A DNA stretch of 64,000 nt from Candidatus Collierbacteria bacterium GW2011_GWA2_42_17 (GTDB lineage Bacteria > Patescibacteriota > Microgenomatia > UBA1400 > MFAQ01): contig LCDA01000004.1 in assembly GCA_000998275.1 (NCBI GenBank), forward strand, positions 4,360-68,359. Direction: 5' to 3'. Positions within the stretch are counted from its first letter, which is position 1; every line of letters starts with the position of its first letter. The translations under genes and the position numbers were made by a program. The notes beneath the pieces are model-generated. The model ran no database searches. It worked only from the letters and a program-made list of their open reading frames with translations, and was not told the origin of the DNA. Shown piece by piece: positions 46,293-56,393 of this stretch.

Positions 46293-48647
46293 ATGGCTCA
46301 AAAAAGACACTTTATTCAATCAAAGAATTTTTTCTCATACCTTGGTACTCCTGTCTTTAAAATTGTTCTCTGGGTGGTTTTAATCTTTGGATACGTCTTT
46401 ATCTTCTTTTCCAGACTATTCTCTACTCCTCTTCCCCAACTCACTTTTCCAAAAATTTCCTTTCCAAAAATCTATTTTCCCCACATCTCATTTCCCAAAA
46501 TAATTTTCCCAAAAATTGTTCTTTCTCGTTTTCCCAAAGCTGTTTATCCTCAACCAAAAATTGATTTAAAATCCCTTCGTTCATATCTTTTCTTTTCAAT
46601 TGGAGTTATCTCACTAGTTTGTTTCATTTATATTGAATTCTTCTATGGACTCCCTAGTCCAAAGACACTGACAGACTATCCTTCAAAGCTCACCACCCAG
46701 ATCTTAGACAGAAACGGCAAACTTCTTTATAAAATTTACAAAGACGAAAATCGCACTTTGGTCACTCTTGACTCACTACCTCCTCACGTAAAAAACGCTT
46801 TTCTTGCCGCCGAAGACAAAGACTTCTATCACCACAAGGGTTTTTCTATCTCTGGTACATTCCGCGCACTATACAAAAACATTACCGACAACAAAACTGA
46901 GGGGGGTTCCACCATTACCCAGCAATTGGTTAAAAACACTCTCCTCAACAACGAAAAAACTCTTACCAGAAAAATCAAAGAGCTCATTCTCTCGGTCGAG
47001 GTCGAGTACACCTACAACAAAGATAAAATTTTTGAAATGTATCTCAACCAAGTCGGCTTTGGTGGACCGGCTTATGGTATTCAAGAGGCCTCTAGGCAGT
47101 ACTTCAATATTGATGCCAAGAATCTAGATCTTTCGCAAGCCGCTTTCCTAGCCGGTCTTCCTCAAGCTCCTAGTAAATACTCCCCTTTCAGCGATCAACC
47201 GGAGTTAGCCAAGCAAAGACAAAAGTTTGTTCTCAATCAAATGCTTAAGCTGAACATGATTAACAATGCGGATTATCAAAAAGCCATTAGCCAAAAACTT
47301 ATTTTTAACTCTGCCAAAATCGAGATTAATGCTCCCCACTTTGTAATGTATATCAAAGATCTCCTTACCAAAGAGTTGGGTGAAAATGTTGTTAATCAAG
47401 GAGGTCTTATCGTCACCACCACTCTAGATCTAGGTCTTCAAGAAAAAGTCCAGCAAATTGTAACTTCCGAAATCGGTAGCTTAAAAAATTATCAAGTCAC
47501 TAACGGTGCCGCGCTGGTCACTAATCCCAAAACTGGAGAAATTCTGGTCATGGTCGGTTCCAAAGACTACTTCAACCTTAATGAAGATGGACAAGTCAAC
47601 CTGACTTTAGCCCTACGTCAACCTGGGAGCTCGATTAAACCACTTAACTACGCTCTCGCCTTTGAAAATGGTTATGGTCCTGGAAACGTTATCGAAGACA
47701 AGCCCATCTCTTTCAATCTTCCTGGACAAGAACCATGGGTCCCCAAAAACTACGATGGCAAGTTTCATGGATTTGTAACTCTCAGGCAAGCCCTTGGTAG
47801 TTCCTACAACATTCCCTCGGTTATTCTTCTCTCCAAAAATGGCATCCAAAACTTGGTTCAATTAGCCCAAAAAATGGGTATCACTTCCTGGGACGATCCC
47901 AGCAGATTTGGACTTTCCATAGCCCTTGGTAGTCTGGAAATTAGAATGGTCGACCTGGCTACAGCCTACTCAACTTTTGCAAACTCCGGAGTAACTACAC
48001 CCCTAAACTCCATCATAAAAATTGAACGGGCTAATGGTGAAAAATTTTATCTCTCTACCTGTCCTCAAAAAACGGAGGCTGTTGTGGAAAACGTTTCCGC
48101 CCTTGCCAAAGGCAATAACTGTTCTCCCCATCAATCGATTTCCCCTTCCACTGCTTATCTTATCTCCGACATTCTCTCCGATAACAGTGCTCGAGCTCCA
48201 GCTTTCGGAGCAAACTCGATCATCAACATTAAAAAAACCAAGGTTGCCGTCAAAACCGGAACCAGCAACGACCTTCGCGATAACTGGACTTTTGGTTATA
48301 CTCATGATTATCTCGTCTCCACCTGGGTTGGTAACAACGACAATACTCCTATGTCTCGTATTGCTTCTGGTATCACAGGAGCCTCACCTATCTGGGCAAA
48401 AATTTTCAACACTATCCTCGAATCCACTCCCCAGACAACCCAAGTAGACACTACTACCCCAATTGGGATCGTAAAAGTCCCCATCTGCACCCTTACTGGC
48501 ACACTTTCTTGTGAAGGTTGTCCTGTTAAATATGAATATTATAAAAAAGGTACCGAGCCAAAAACATCCTGCGACCCAGCCAAAATAAAAGAAATCTTAA
48601 ACCCCACTCCTTCATCATCAATCACCCCCTCCCCTCAAATCCTCTAA
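46293..48647 (+). CDS. Second class A penicillin-binding protein
   Basis: EDKDFYHHKG, GGSTITQQLVKN, GSSIK, SYN, KTGT; N-terminal FPKI repeats. Confidence 0.95.
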   Translation: MAQKRHFIQSKNFFSYLGTPVFKIVLWVVLIFGYVFIFFSRLFSTPLPQLTFPKISFPKIYFPHISFPKIIFPKIVLSRFPKAVYPQPKIDLKSLRSYLFFSIGVISLVCFIYIEFFYGLPSPKTLTDYPSKLTTQILDRNGKLLYKIYKDENRTLVTLDSLPPHVKNAFLAAEDKDFYHHKGFSISGTFRALYKNITDNKTEGGSTITQQLVKNTLLNNEKTLTRKIKELILSVEVEYTYNKDKIFEMYLNQVGFGGPAYGIQEASRQYFNIDAKNLDLSQAAFLAGLPQAPSKYSPFSDQPELAKQRQKFVLNQMLKLNMINNADYQKAISQKLIFNSAKIEINAPHFVMYIKDLLTKELGENVVNQGGLIVTTTLDLGLQEKVQQIVTSEIGSLKNYQVTNGAALVTNPKTGEILVMVGSKDYFNLNEDGQVNLTLALRQPGSSIKPLNYALAFENGYGPGNVIEDKPISFNLPGQEPWVPKNYDGKFHGFVTLRQALGSSYNIPSVILLSKNGIQNLVQLAQKMGITSWDDPSRFGLSIALGSLEIRMVDLATAYSTFANSGVTTPLNSIIKIERANGEKFYLSTCPQKTEAVVENVSALAKGNNCSPHQSISPSTAYLISDILSDNSARAPAFGANSIINIKKTKVAVKTGTSNDLRDNWTFGYTHDYLVSTWVGNNDNTPMSRIASGITGASPIWAKIFNTILESTPQTTQVDTTTPIGIVKVPICTLTGTLSCEGCPVKYEYYKKGTEPKTSCDPAKIKEILNPTPSSSITPSPQIL
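46446..46538 (+). repeat. 15-bp coding tandem repeat encoding FPKIx units
   Basis: FPKIS-FPKIY-FPHIS-FPKII-FPKIV-LSR-FPK, between two TM segments. Confidence 0.75.
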
Positions 48648-48652
48648 AATTA

Positions 48653-48958
48653 CTAAAGAGTAATCTCCACGTAATTTTTACTTTTCGATTTTTCCGGTAT
48701 CGGCTTCGTTTGGTTCTTGTTCTCCGTTTCAATAATCATTGGTTCTCCTCTTAGGATGCTACCAATTCGGGGTACTAACCAAAAACCCACTGTAATCGCC
48801 AAAATAATTATCAGTGTCCAAAATACCACCTTCCTCTCGGCAGCTCTTTCCTCTTTAGATTTCTTTCTTTTTTTTCTTTTAGGCACACCATCTCCCACAT
48901 TTTCGTCATCCTCACTGGGAATCTCAATATCCATATCCAGCTCTTCAGTTTTTTTCAT
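48653..48958 (-). CDS. Hypothetical single-TM protein
   Basis: Acidic then basic N-terminus followed by one TM segment; overlaps the upstream dehydrogenase gene. Confidence 0.6.
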   Translation of the reverse strand: MKKTEELDMDIEIPSEDDENVGDGVPKRKKRKKSKEERAAERKVVFWTLIIILAITVGFWLVPRIGSILRGEPMIIETENKNQTKPIPEKSKSKNYVEITL

Positions 48959-49934
48959 TTACTTTCCAAACATCAGTATTAATCAGACACTTGGGTTGTC
49001 TACCTTCTAAAGTATCATTCATATTGTCGGTCACAATTCTAGCCATCGCCAAACGGGCTTCCACCGTCGCTGATGCTGTATGAGGCGTCAATACCGTATT
49101 GGGTAAATCGTAGAATTCGTTCGGAATTTTCGACTCGTCCTCAAAAACGTCCAGTCCCGCACCGGCGATCCACCTTTCTTTTAAAGCAATTATTAACGCT
49201 TTTTCATCCACTACCGCCCCTCGAGCAGTATTTATTAGCAAAGCCGTCGGTTTCATTAATTTTAGTTCCCGCTCTCCGATCATATGTCTTGTCTCCTCAG
49301 TTAGGGGCACCGACAAACTTACCACATCAGCCAATTCCAACAGTTGATCTAAAGTGTGATAAACCACCGAGTACTCTTCCTCGAATTCTTCGTCTCGATG
49401 CCGATTGAAGTAAATTACTTTCATTCCCAAAGCCCCGGCCATCCTGGCCGTCCATCGCCCAATTCGTCCCAGGCCTACAATACCCATAATCTTATCCTTC
49501 AATCCTGTTCCTAAAAGTAAATCCGGTTCCCATCCCTTATATTTCCCGGCTCTAATAAATCTATCTCCTTCAACAATTCTTCTAAACAAAGCTAGTATCA
49601 GCGCAATCACTTCCTCTGCCACCGCCTCTGTCAGTACACCAGGCGTATTTGTTACACAAATTCCTCTCTTTGTTGCCTCGGCCACATCAATATTGTCAAA
49701 ACCTACCGCATAATTACTGACCACTTTAAGCGACGGCCCGGCCGCTTCCATTACTTCTACATCGATCTTCTCAGTCAGTAAAGAAATAATTCCTGCCGCA
49801 CCTTTTACACCCCTAAGCAAATCTTCTCTACTAATATCTTTCTTTTGCCACACCACCACTTCATATTTCTCTTTTAATTCCTTGAGGTACTTATCTAAAA
49901 AAACATGAGTTACAAATATTTTCTTTTTGTCCAT
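48945..49934 (-). CDS. D-2-hydroxyacid dehydrogenase (glyoxylate reductase/D-glycerate dehydrogenase family)
   Basis: NYAVGFDNID, TNTPGVLT, GLGRIG, INTARG, GLDVFE, LTPHTAS. Confidence 0.92.
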   Translation of the reverse strand: MDKKKIFVTHVFLDKYLKELKEKYEVVVWQKKDISREDLLRGVKGAAGIISLLTEKIDVEVMEAAGPSLKVVSNYAVGFDNIDVAEATKRGICVTNTPGVLTEAVAEEVIALILALFRRIVEGDRFIRAGKYKGWEPDLLLGTGLKDKIMGIVGLGRIGRWTARMAGALGMKVIYFNRHRDEEFEEEYSVVYHTLDQLLELADVVSLSVPLTEETRHMIGERELKLMKPTALLINTARGAVVDEKALIIALKERWIAGAGLDVFEDESKIPNEFYDLPNTVLTPHTASATVEARLAMARIVTDNMNDTLEGRQPKCLINTDVWKVNEKN

Positions 49935-49941
49935 ATCTTAA

Positions 49942-50934
49942 TTAAAGCACACCCAAGGTTTCCTCCACCGTTTTCAACTTTCTTTTCATCCATTTTTCCA
50001 TCTCCTTTTTATACAGTAATCCATCTTTAGCTCCCAGCCTAGTCACCACTGAACCGCCGTTAGCTAGTCCCATTTTTAGCACCTCTTCAGCAGTTCTTCC
50101 TTGTAATAGACCTGCTACTACTCCAGAAACAAAGGCATCCCCGGCCCCCGTATCGTCAATTGATTTATTAGGATACGCCTCCATCTTTATCCACTTTCCC
50201 CCCTTCCACACCCCCGCCCCTCTATCACCGTCGGTAATCATCAACAGTCGTGTTCCTGCCTTCACAAACTTGCCCACCAAAACCTCTTCCTCTTCAAAAT
50301 TACCACCCCAAAACTCCGCTGCTTCCATTCGATTTACATTAAACAAATCAATTTTTGGCAAAAGGCGTAGCATTCTTTCCTTTTGCCCCAATTCTTTTTT
50401 TCCGGGATTAACTCCAACTTTGATCCCATGCTCCACGGCAAAATTCACCAAATCCTCCAGTAACTCCACTTCTCCCCCCAAGCTGGATATCTGAATCCAG
50501 TCGGCTTTTTTAATTTCTTCCCAATCAATTTCGTTTCTCTCAATCTCACCGCTTTCCCCGCGATACGTCACAATTGATCTTCTCCCGTCCGTCGCCACCA
50601 GCACTGCCGAAATACCCGTCTTTCCCTTAGTTCTTTGTAAGAAAGATAAATCCACATTTTCTTTCACCAATTCTTTCACCAATATTTCACCCAACTCATC
50701 ATCTCCAACCCTGCTTATCATTTTTACGGCTTCACCCAGTCGATGTAAACCAACTGCTACGTTTGTTCCTCCACCGCCACTCACCAGAATCCCATTTTCT
50801 GCCTCAATTTTTCCACCCATCACTTCACACATCGCCACCCCGCCTTCAACCTGATGACTCTTTAAAACTCGCAAACTTTTTGATTTCAAAAGCACATCAA
50901 TCACCGCTGCGCCAATAACCACTACTTTCTTCAT
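49942..50934 (-). CDS. PfkB-family carbohydrate kinase
   Basis: GGGGTNVA, N..EA, DDTGAGDAF. Confidence 0.92.
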   Translation of the reverse strand: MKKVVVIGAAVIDVLLKSKSLRVLKSHQVEGGVAMCEVMGGKIEAENGILVSGGGGTNVAVGLHRLGEAVKMISRVGDDELGEILVKELVKENVDLSFLQRTKGKTGISAVLVATDGRRSIVTYRGESGEIERNEIDWEEIKKADWIQISSLGGEVELLEDLVNFAVEHGIKVGVNPGKKELGQKERMLRLLPKIDLFNVNRMEAAEFWGGNFEEEEVLVGKFVKAGTRLLMITDGDRGAGVWKGGKWIKMEAYPNKSIDDTGAGDAFVSGVVAGLLQGRTAEEVLKMGLANGGSVVTRLGAKDGLLYKKEMEKWMKRKLKTVEETLGVL

Positions 50935-50988
50935 ATCTTTATTCTAAACTAAAAACCAATTACCCTTTTGTTATAATTCGACTAGCCT

Positions 50989-51780
50989 ATGCAAAGTTCA
51001 TCCTTTATCACCGTTATTGGGGTATTGTGTTTTGTTTTGATATTCGTCTACCGAATTCAGGCATTGCATATCAAAAAAATTTGGCATCTCTCCATTCAAC
51101 AAATCATCTTTCTCATCCTTATTCCGGGACTTGTCTTCCCTATGATCTTTTCCTACTTACAGTCGATGGTTCGCCTTCCCAGAAGTGATACCTCATTCTT
51201 TCCCGACGGTTTTCTGGTCAACATAATTTTGCTATCTATGATGTTTTCCTATGGTGGTATAGCTATACACGCCGTTACCAAAATGTTCTCTGGATATCTC
51301 AAGGATAAAAATAGTGAACTAGCTCAAATAAACAAATTTTTTCACTTAAATTTTTCTCACAATCTAATCTATAGCGGCATTGTCATTTCTTCACTCGGTA
51401 TAACGCTACTGGAAATAAATCATGTGCCCAACGATGGAATGACCAATCTCGGTTGGGGAATCTTTCGTGGAATTATCCTTGGACTCAGTTTTGCTATCTT
51501 TATTTATTACTACACTCGAGCATCATCAAACATCTATCGTGGTAGATGGAGTGATCTAAAACTTTTCTTTGGTGTCGCCTGGATAGGTTTTTCTTTACTT
51601 CTCTATATCATCCAAAAATTTGACATCGGCTTTACCGAGTACCAACTGCTTCTCCCCATGCTTCTTTCTTTTTCCATTGTTGCTGGTCTTAGTCTTATTT
51701 TAGTTATCAAAAAACTAAAAAATGGTGGTCTTCGCCTAGACTTCAAAAAGAAATTCGGGAAAATTCTTAAATTGGATTAA
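50989..51780 (+). CDS. Hypothetical multi-pass membrane protein
   Basis: About seven hydrophobic segments; His-rich HAVTK..FHLNFSH motif. Confidence 0.6.
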   Translation: MQSSSFITVIGVLCFVLIFVYRIQALHIKKIWHLSIQQIIFLILIPGLVFPMIFSYLQSMVRLPRSDTSFFPDGFLVNIILLSMMFSYGGIAIHAVTKMFSGYLKDKNSELAQINKFFHLNFSHNLIYSGIVISSLGITLLEINHVPNDGMTNLGWGIFRGIILGLSFAIFIYYYTRASSNIYRGRWSDLKLFFGVAWIGFSLLLYIIQKFDIGFTEYQLLLPMLLSFSIVAGLSLILVIKKLKNGGLRLDFKKKFGKILKLD

Positions 51781-52526
51781 TCTTTATATACTATCTCCGC
51801 TAACTTCTTCGACACTTCGTTAGGATTCTCATCCTGCCACACGTTTCTGCCGATAGCAATTCCGGCTGCCCCGGCCTGCATCACCCCCCTAACCTCCTCT
51901 TCTAAATTTTCCCAATCTACTTTCTTTCCCCCTTGTGCCAACACTCCCGTTTTCCCGGCTGCCCTCACCGCCCAAGCAAAACTTTCCGGATCTCCTGTAT
52001 AAGGAATTTTTACAAAATCTGCATTCATCTCTAGTGCCAAACGTGCCCCGTAAGCCACCACATCTCGATCATTTTCCCTGCCAGCCACTTTTCTGCCTCT
52101 AGGATACATCCACGCAATTACAATCATTCCTCGTTCGTGTGCTTCATCCTCGATCCGGGAAAACTCCACCATCATTTGTTCTTCAAACTGACTTCCTACG
52201 TAGATGGTATAACCAACTCCGATTGCTCCCATCTCGGCCGCTTTTTTAACGGTACAAAGTTGTAAAGACAAAGGTTCTTCTCCCTGAAATGATGTTTTTC
52301 CATTAAGTTTTACGATAAGTGGTACTCCCGATTCTTTTTTATAATACTTTGCCGCAACCCCCTCTTGAAATACTACTCCGCTAAAATCGCCATTTTGGGC
52401 GATCTTCATAATGTAATTGGGGTCAACCGATTTTTCGTTAAAATCTACCGGACCATGTTCCATCCCCTGGTCATAGGCCAAAAGCATTACCTTACCTTTA
52501 ATCTCGATTCTTGAAGTATCAATCAT
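51777..52526 (-). CDS. fbaB: Class I (DhnA/archaeal-type) fructose-bisphosphate aldolase
   Basis: LAYDQGMEHGP, IVKLNGKT, WMYPRG, Schiff-base Lys in ADFVKIPY, GRNVWQ. Confidence 0.88.
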   Translation of the reverse strand: MIDTSRIEIKGKVMLLAYDQGMEHGPVDFNEKSVDPNYIMKIAQNGDFSGVVFQEGVAAKYYKKESGVPLIVKLNGKTSFQGEEPLSLQLCTVKKAAEMGAIGVGYTIYVGSQFEEQMMVEFSRIEDEAHERGMIVIAWMYPRGRKVAGRENDRDVVAYGARLALEMNADFVKIPYTGDPESFAWAVRAAGKTGVLAQGGKKVDWENLEEEVRGVMQAGAAGIAIGRNVWQDENPNEVSKKLAEIVYKD

Positions 52527-53473
52527 ATTATTTTTCTTATTACTTTAATAACTCCATCTTTATCCAGTCCATATTTAGCCAACAATTCTTCTGGCTCTCC
52601 ACTTTCTCCAAAGCTGTCTCTCATCCCCATTCTTACCATTTTTGTAGGCCACTTTTCCCCCAAAACCTCAGCCACTGCCCCACCCAATCCCCCATTTATC
52701 TGATGATCTTCCAAGGTGATTATTTTCCCCGTTTTCTTTGCACTCCGTACAACTGTTTCCTCATCCAACGGTTTAATTGTATGTATATTGATAACTTCTA
52801 CCTCAACTTCACCCTTCAGCTCTTCTGCTGCCAGCAAAGCTTCATATACCAAACCTCCGCAAGCAAAAATCGTTACATCTTTACCGACTCTCAATACTTG
52901 TGCTTTCCCTAACTCAAATGGCGTCGTTGATGTTGTAAACATCGCCGTCTTTGGTCTGGTAAGTCTCAGATATACTGGCCCTTTGTGTTTAGCAATCGCC
53001 ATGGTTGCCTTCTTAGCTTGTTCAAAGTCTGCTGGCGCTACTACCATCAAATTCGGCAAAGCTCGCGTCATGGCAATATCTTCCAAAGCCTGATGGGTTG
53101 CCCCATCCGGTCCAACTGAAATTCCGGTATGTCCTCCCACAATTTTTACATTAGCATTGGTATAACAAACAGACACTCGCATCTGATCCCAGTTTCTCCC
53201 CGGATTAAAAACGGCATACGAAACAGCAAAGGGAATTTTTCCCGAAAGAGCTAATCCTGCCGATATCCCCATCATATTTTGTTCCGCTACTCCCACCTGC
53301 ACAAACCTCTCAGGGTACTGTTTTTCGAACTCGTCTACCCTCATACTTTCTCCCAAATCCGCCGTCACTACTACTACATTTTTATCACTCCTTCCCAACA
53401 AGACCATCGCTTCTCCAAAACCTTCTCTGGTGGCTTTTCTCTCTACGTTAATTATGTCGCTTACTAAGTTCAT
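52523..53473 (-). CDS. Transketolase, C-terminal subunit
   Basis: GVAEQNM, GPDGATHQALED, GPVYLRL, TIKPLD. Confidence 0.92.
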   Translation of the reverse strand: MNLVSDIINVERKATREGFGEAMVLLGRSDKNVVVVTADLGESMRVDEFEKQYPERFVQVGVAEQNMMGISAGLALSGKIPFAVSYAVFNPGRNWDQMRVSVCYTNANVKIVGGHTGISVGPDGATHQALEDIAMTRALPNLMVVAPADFEQAKKATMAIAKHKGPVYLRLTRPKTAMFTTSTTPFELGKAQVLRVGKDVTIFACGGLVYEALLAAEELKGEVEVEVINIHTIKPLDEETVVRSAKKTGKIITLEDHQINGGLGGAVAEVLGEKWPTKMVRMGMRDSFGESGEPEELLAKYGLDKDGVIKVIRKII

Positions 53474-53474
53474 T

Positions 53475-54308
53475 TTATTTTAATTCCCATAAAGCTTTTT
53501 CCGCTTCTTCACTCGTTGGTGCTTTTCCGTGCCAACGAAAATCGCCCTCCATGAAACCTACTCCTTTACCGGCAACCGTCTTCATAATAACCGCCTTTGG
53601 CTGGTCGGGAAACAATTTCCCTTGTTCAAAAACAGCCATTATTTCCTCGTGATTATTTCCGTTAATCTCAAACACCCGCAAACCAAAAGCCGTCAGCTTA
53701 TCCCTTAGGGGTTCAATCGGCATCACTTCTCCTAAGTTTCCGCTAATTTGTATCTCATTTCTGTCAATCACAAAGGTCAAGTTTCCCAGACCATACTTAG
53801 CTGCTGTTTGGTATGCTTCCCATGTTTGTCCCTCCTGTTGTTCGGCATCACTGTCAATGCATATTACTTTCCACTTCTTCTTGTCCATTTTCCCGGCTAG
53901 CGCCATCCCTACGGCCACACTCACTCCCTGACCCAAAGGACCACCTGTATTTTCAATTCCCGGTAGCTGTTTATAGTTACTCCCAGGAAAATCAATTTGT
54001 CTTACCGGATGCCCTTGTAATCTTGTCCCCAATTTTCTTAGTGTTTTTAACTCCTCTACGGGAAAAAATCCGGCCAAAGCAAGAGCCGCGTACTGCACGG
54101 GGCAGTAATGTCCGCATGATAAAACAACCCTGTCTCGATCATCCCAGTATGGTTCATCTATCTTGAAATTTATTAGTCCTCCAAAATACAATGCTGCAAA
54201 AAGATCGGCTGTACCCAAAGGACCTGCCGTATGACCCGACTCGGCCAGTGTTAACATCTTAATTACCTCCACTCGAATTTCTCTCGCTTTATCCACCAAA
54301 TCTACCAT
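53475..54308 (-). CDS. Transketolase, N-terminal subunit
   Basis: SGH, RDRVVLSCGH, LQGHP, GPLGQG, TPP motif SDAEQQEG, WHGKAP. Confidence 0.92.
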   Translation of the reverse strand: MVDLVDKAREIRVEVIKMLTLAESGHTAGPLGTADLFAALYFGGLINFKIDEPYWDDRDRVVLSCGHYCPVQYAALALAGFFPVEELKTLRKLGTRLQGHPVRQIDFPGSNYKQLPGIENTGGPLGQGVSVAVGMALAGKMDKKKWKVICIDSDAEQQEGQTWEAYQTAAKYGLGNLTFVIDRNEIQISGNLGEVMPIEPLRDKLTAFGLRVFEINGNNHEEIMAVFEQGKLFPDQPKAVIMKTVAGKGVGFMEGDFRWHGKAPTSEEAEKALWELK

Positions 54309-54364
54309 ACATTCATTCTAAACCATTGTCGCACTACATACTTACGGTCGAAAGAAACATGAAG

Positions 54365-55000
54365 TTAATCAATAAACGCCTTCTCTCCACTTCCATCATC
54401 TACTACCGGTATTTCAGTTTGCTTATGATTATCCAAAACTTCATCAAACTCTTCCAAATACTTCAGCACCATTTCTGGAGTTGTCGCAATTCTATAAACC
54501 CGAAGAGCTCCCGGCCTTGCCCCTATCAACATGTTTTTCACCAAAGACTCTACAATCGGAAACCAAAAATCGCCATATAAAATCAAAGGTTTGTGATGTC
54601 CAAAATAAAGATAAGCCAAACCCCAAGCCATTCCAAACTCCGACAAGGTTCCCGTCCCTCCGTTAAAAATTACATAAGCATTTCCCAGTTCCAGAAGTTT
54701 CATCGTTCTGTCTACATAGTTATTCATGATCACTTCCCTGTCTGCCCTATTCTCTTTATCCTTTCCTTCAAAATTTTCAATAAATTTCGGATAAAATGTC
54801 GCTACCGTCGCGGTACCCCCACCCTCATGTGCTCCCTCAGTCGCCGCTCTCATCACTCCAGGACCCCCTCCATTTACAATCTCCAACCCATTCTGTGCTA
54901 ATAGCCGCGTCACATCTAAAACCTCCTTATAAAGAGGACTTTCCGGCGGACAACCTGCAAAACCGAAAACTGTAATTGCTTTTATATTTTTAAATGCCAT
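54365..55000 (-). CDS. LOG-family Rossmann-fold nucleotide phosphoribohydrolase
   Basis: NGGGPGVM, a conserved R, and GGTGTLSE (PGGxGTxxE-like). Confidence 0.8.
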   Translation of the reverse strand: MAFKNIKAITVFGFAGCPPESPLYKEVLDVTRLLAQNGLEIVNGGGPGVMRAATEGAHEGGGTATVATFYPKFIENFEGKDKENRADREVIMNNYVDRTMKLLELGNAYVIFNGGTGTLSEFGMAWGLAYLYFGHHKPLILYGDFWFPIVESLVKNMLIGARPGALRVYRIATTPEMVLKYLEEFDEVLDNHKQTEIPVVDDGSGEKAFID

Positions 55001-55008
55001 ATTTAATG

Positions 55009-55647
55009 TTACCCTATGTTTTCTAACCTTCGATAAACCTCAACTGGATTATCGGCTGTAAGAATCTCACTCCCCACCGCAAACTCCATTTTTTCTCCTC
55101 CTGCCTCCAAGCATTTCTTTATCGTTTCTTCATTCAAGCCACCATCAATTATTATCGTCACTGAAGGTGATAATTTCCTCACTTTTTTTATTTTTTCCAA
55201 TACTGCATCGTTAAATTCTTGTCCTTGAGCTCCAGCCTTCACACTTAATAACAAAATCGAATCCACCAAGTTCACCCACTCATCGAGTCCTGTCAGTGGT
55301 GTATCTAAATCAAAAGCTAATCCAGTTTTCATTCCCGCTTCTTCAGCTTTTGTAATAAAGTCCAGTTTATCTGTCATTTTTTCCACCTGTCCATACACCG
55401 TCGTTACTCCGGCAGCCACACATCTTTCCACCCATTCTCTTGGCTCAACTACCATCAAATGTGCCTCTACCTCAGCCATCGTTTCTATACTCAATAAAAC
55501 CTCGGGCATTACCGTCTCCACAGGGACAAATTTTCCGTCAATGATGTCCATCTGTACTCTATCGGCAAAACCTTCCACCTTTCCTAAATCCTCCTCAAAT
55601 TTACTTATATCCTTAGCCAAAATTGTTGGCACTATTTTATTCATCAA
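55009..55647 (-). CDS. rpe: Ribulose-phosphate 3-epimerase
   Basis: IVPTIL, DIIDGKFVP, EAHLMV, GAQGQEF, IDGG, VGS. Confidence 0.88.
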   Translation of the reverse strand: MMNKIVPTILAKDISKFEEDLGKVEGFADRVQMDIIDGKFVPVETVMPEVLLSIETMAEVEAHLMVVEPREWVERCVAAGVTTVYGQVEKMTDKLDFITKAEEAGMKTGLAFDLDTPLTGLDEWVNLVDSILLLSVKAGAQGQEFNDAVLEKIKKVRKLSPSVTIIIDGGLNEETIKKCLEAGGEKMEFAVGSEILTADNPVEVYRRLENIG

Positions 55648-56081
55648 AGTAAGTTATCTAGCTTCATAACTCGTCTTTTGTAATTTTCTCCGTCGGCGAA
55701 TTTTTCCGTCAAAAATATCTTGATCATTCTCTGAACCAAAACCTCATCCACATAATCTGCCGGCACGGATAAACAATTGATATCGTCATCTGTTCTTCCT
55801 TTGACCACCGCTTCCTCTCCAAAAGCCAGTCCGCACCTCACTCCTACAAATCTATTTGCCGCAATCATCATTCCAAATCCATTTCTGCAAAATAAAACTA
55901 TTCTGTCTTCCTTTGAAACCGCTTCTTTAACTGCCGCCTTAGCATAGTCCACATAATCATCATCCGGGGTCAAAGAAGTTGCCCCTACATCAACCACTTC
56001 ATGTCCTTCATTTAAGAGCCAACTCTTAATTTTTTCCTTCAATTGAAAACCCCCATGATCGGAACCAAGTATTACGTGCAT
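55644..56081 (-). CDS. rpiB: Ribose-5-phosphate isomerase B
   Basis: LGSDHGGFQLK, DYVD, FCRNGFGMMIAANR. Confidence 0.9.
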   Translation of the reverse strand: MHVILGSDHGGFQLKEKIKSWLLNEGHEVVDVGATSLTPDDDYVDYAKAAVKEAVSKEDRIVLFCRNGFGMMIAANRFVGVRCGLAFGEEAVVKGRTDDDINCLSVPADYVDEVLVQRMIKIFLTEKFADGENYKRRVMKLDNLL

Positions 56082-56093
56082 ATATACAATATA

Positions 56094-56393
56094 TCAAAAT
56101 CCAAACTCGGCCTTTAGTTCATCACTCATTAAATCCTTACTCCAGGGTGGATCCCACACCAGTTCTACCGTTAATTCTTTTACTTCAGGCACCCCCTTCA
56201 AGGCGTCCTTAATTTTTTTGTCTATTACCGGTGCCAGAGGACATCCCGGAGAAGTTAAGGTCATTTCTATCTCTGCGACACCTCCTTCGTATCGGACATC
56301 ATAGATAAGACCCAAATCCACAATCGAAACCCCAAGCTCCGGATCAATTACGCTCTTTAATGCCTCTCTGATTTTGTCCTCGATCATTTTCAT
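56094..56393 (-). CDS. sufT: DUF59/SufT Fe-S assembly factor
   Basis: VIDPELGVSIVDLGLIY, TLTSPGCP, WDPPW. Confidence 0.88.
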   Translation of the reverse strand: MKMIEDKIREALKSVIDPELGVSIVDLGLIYDVRYEGGVAEIEMTLTSPGCPLAPVIDKKIKDALKGVPEVKELTVELVWDPPWSKDLMSDELKAEFGF

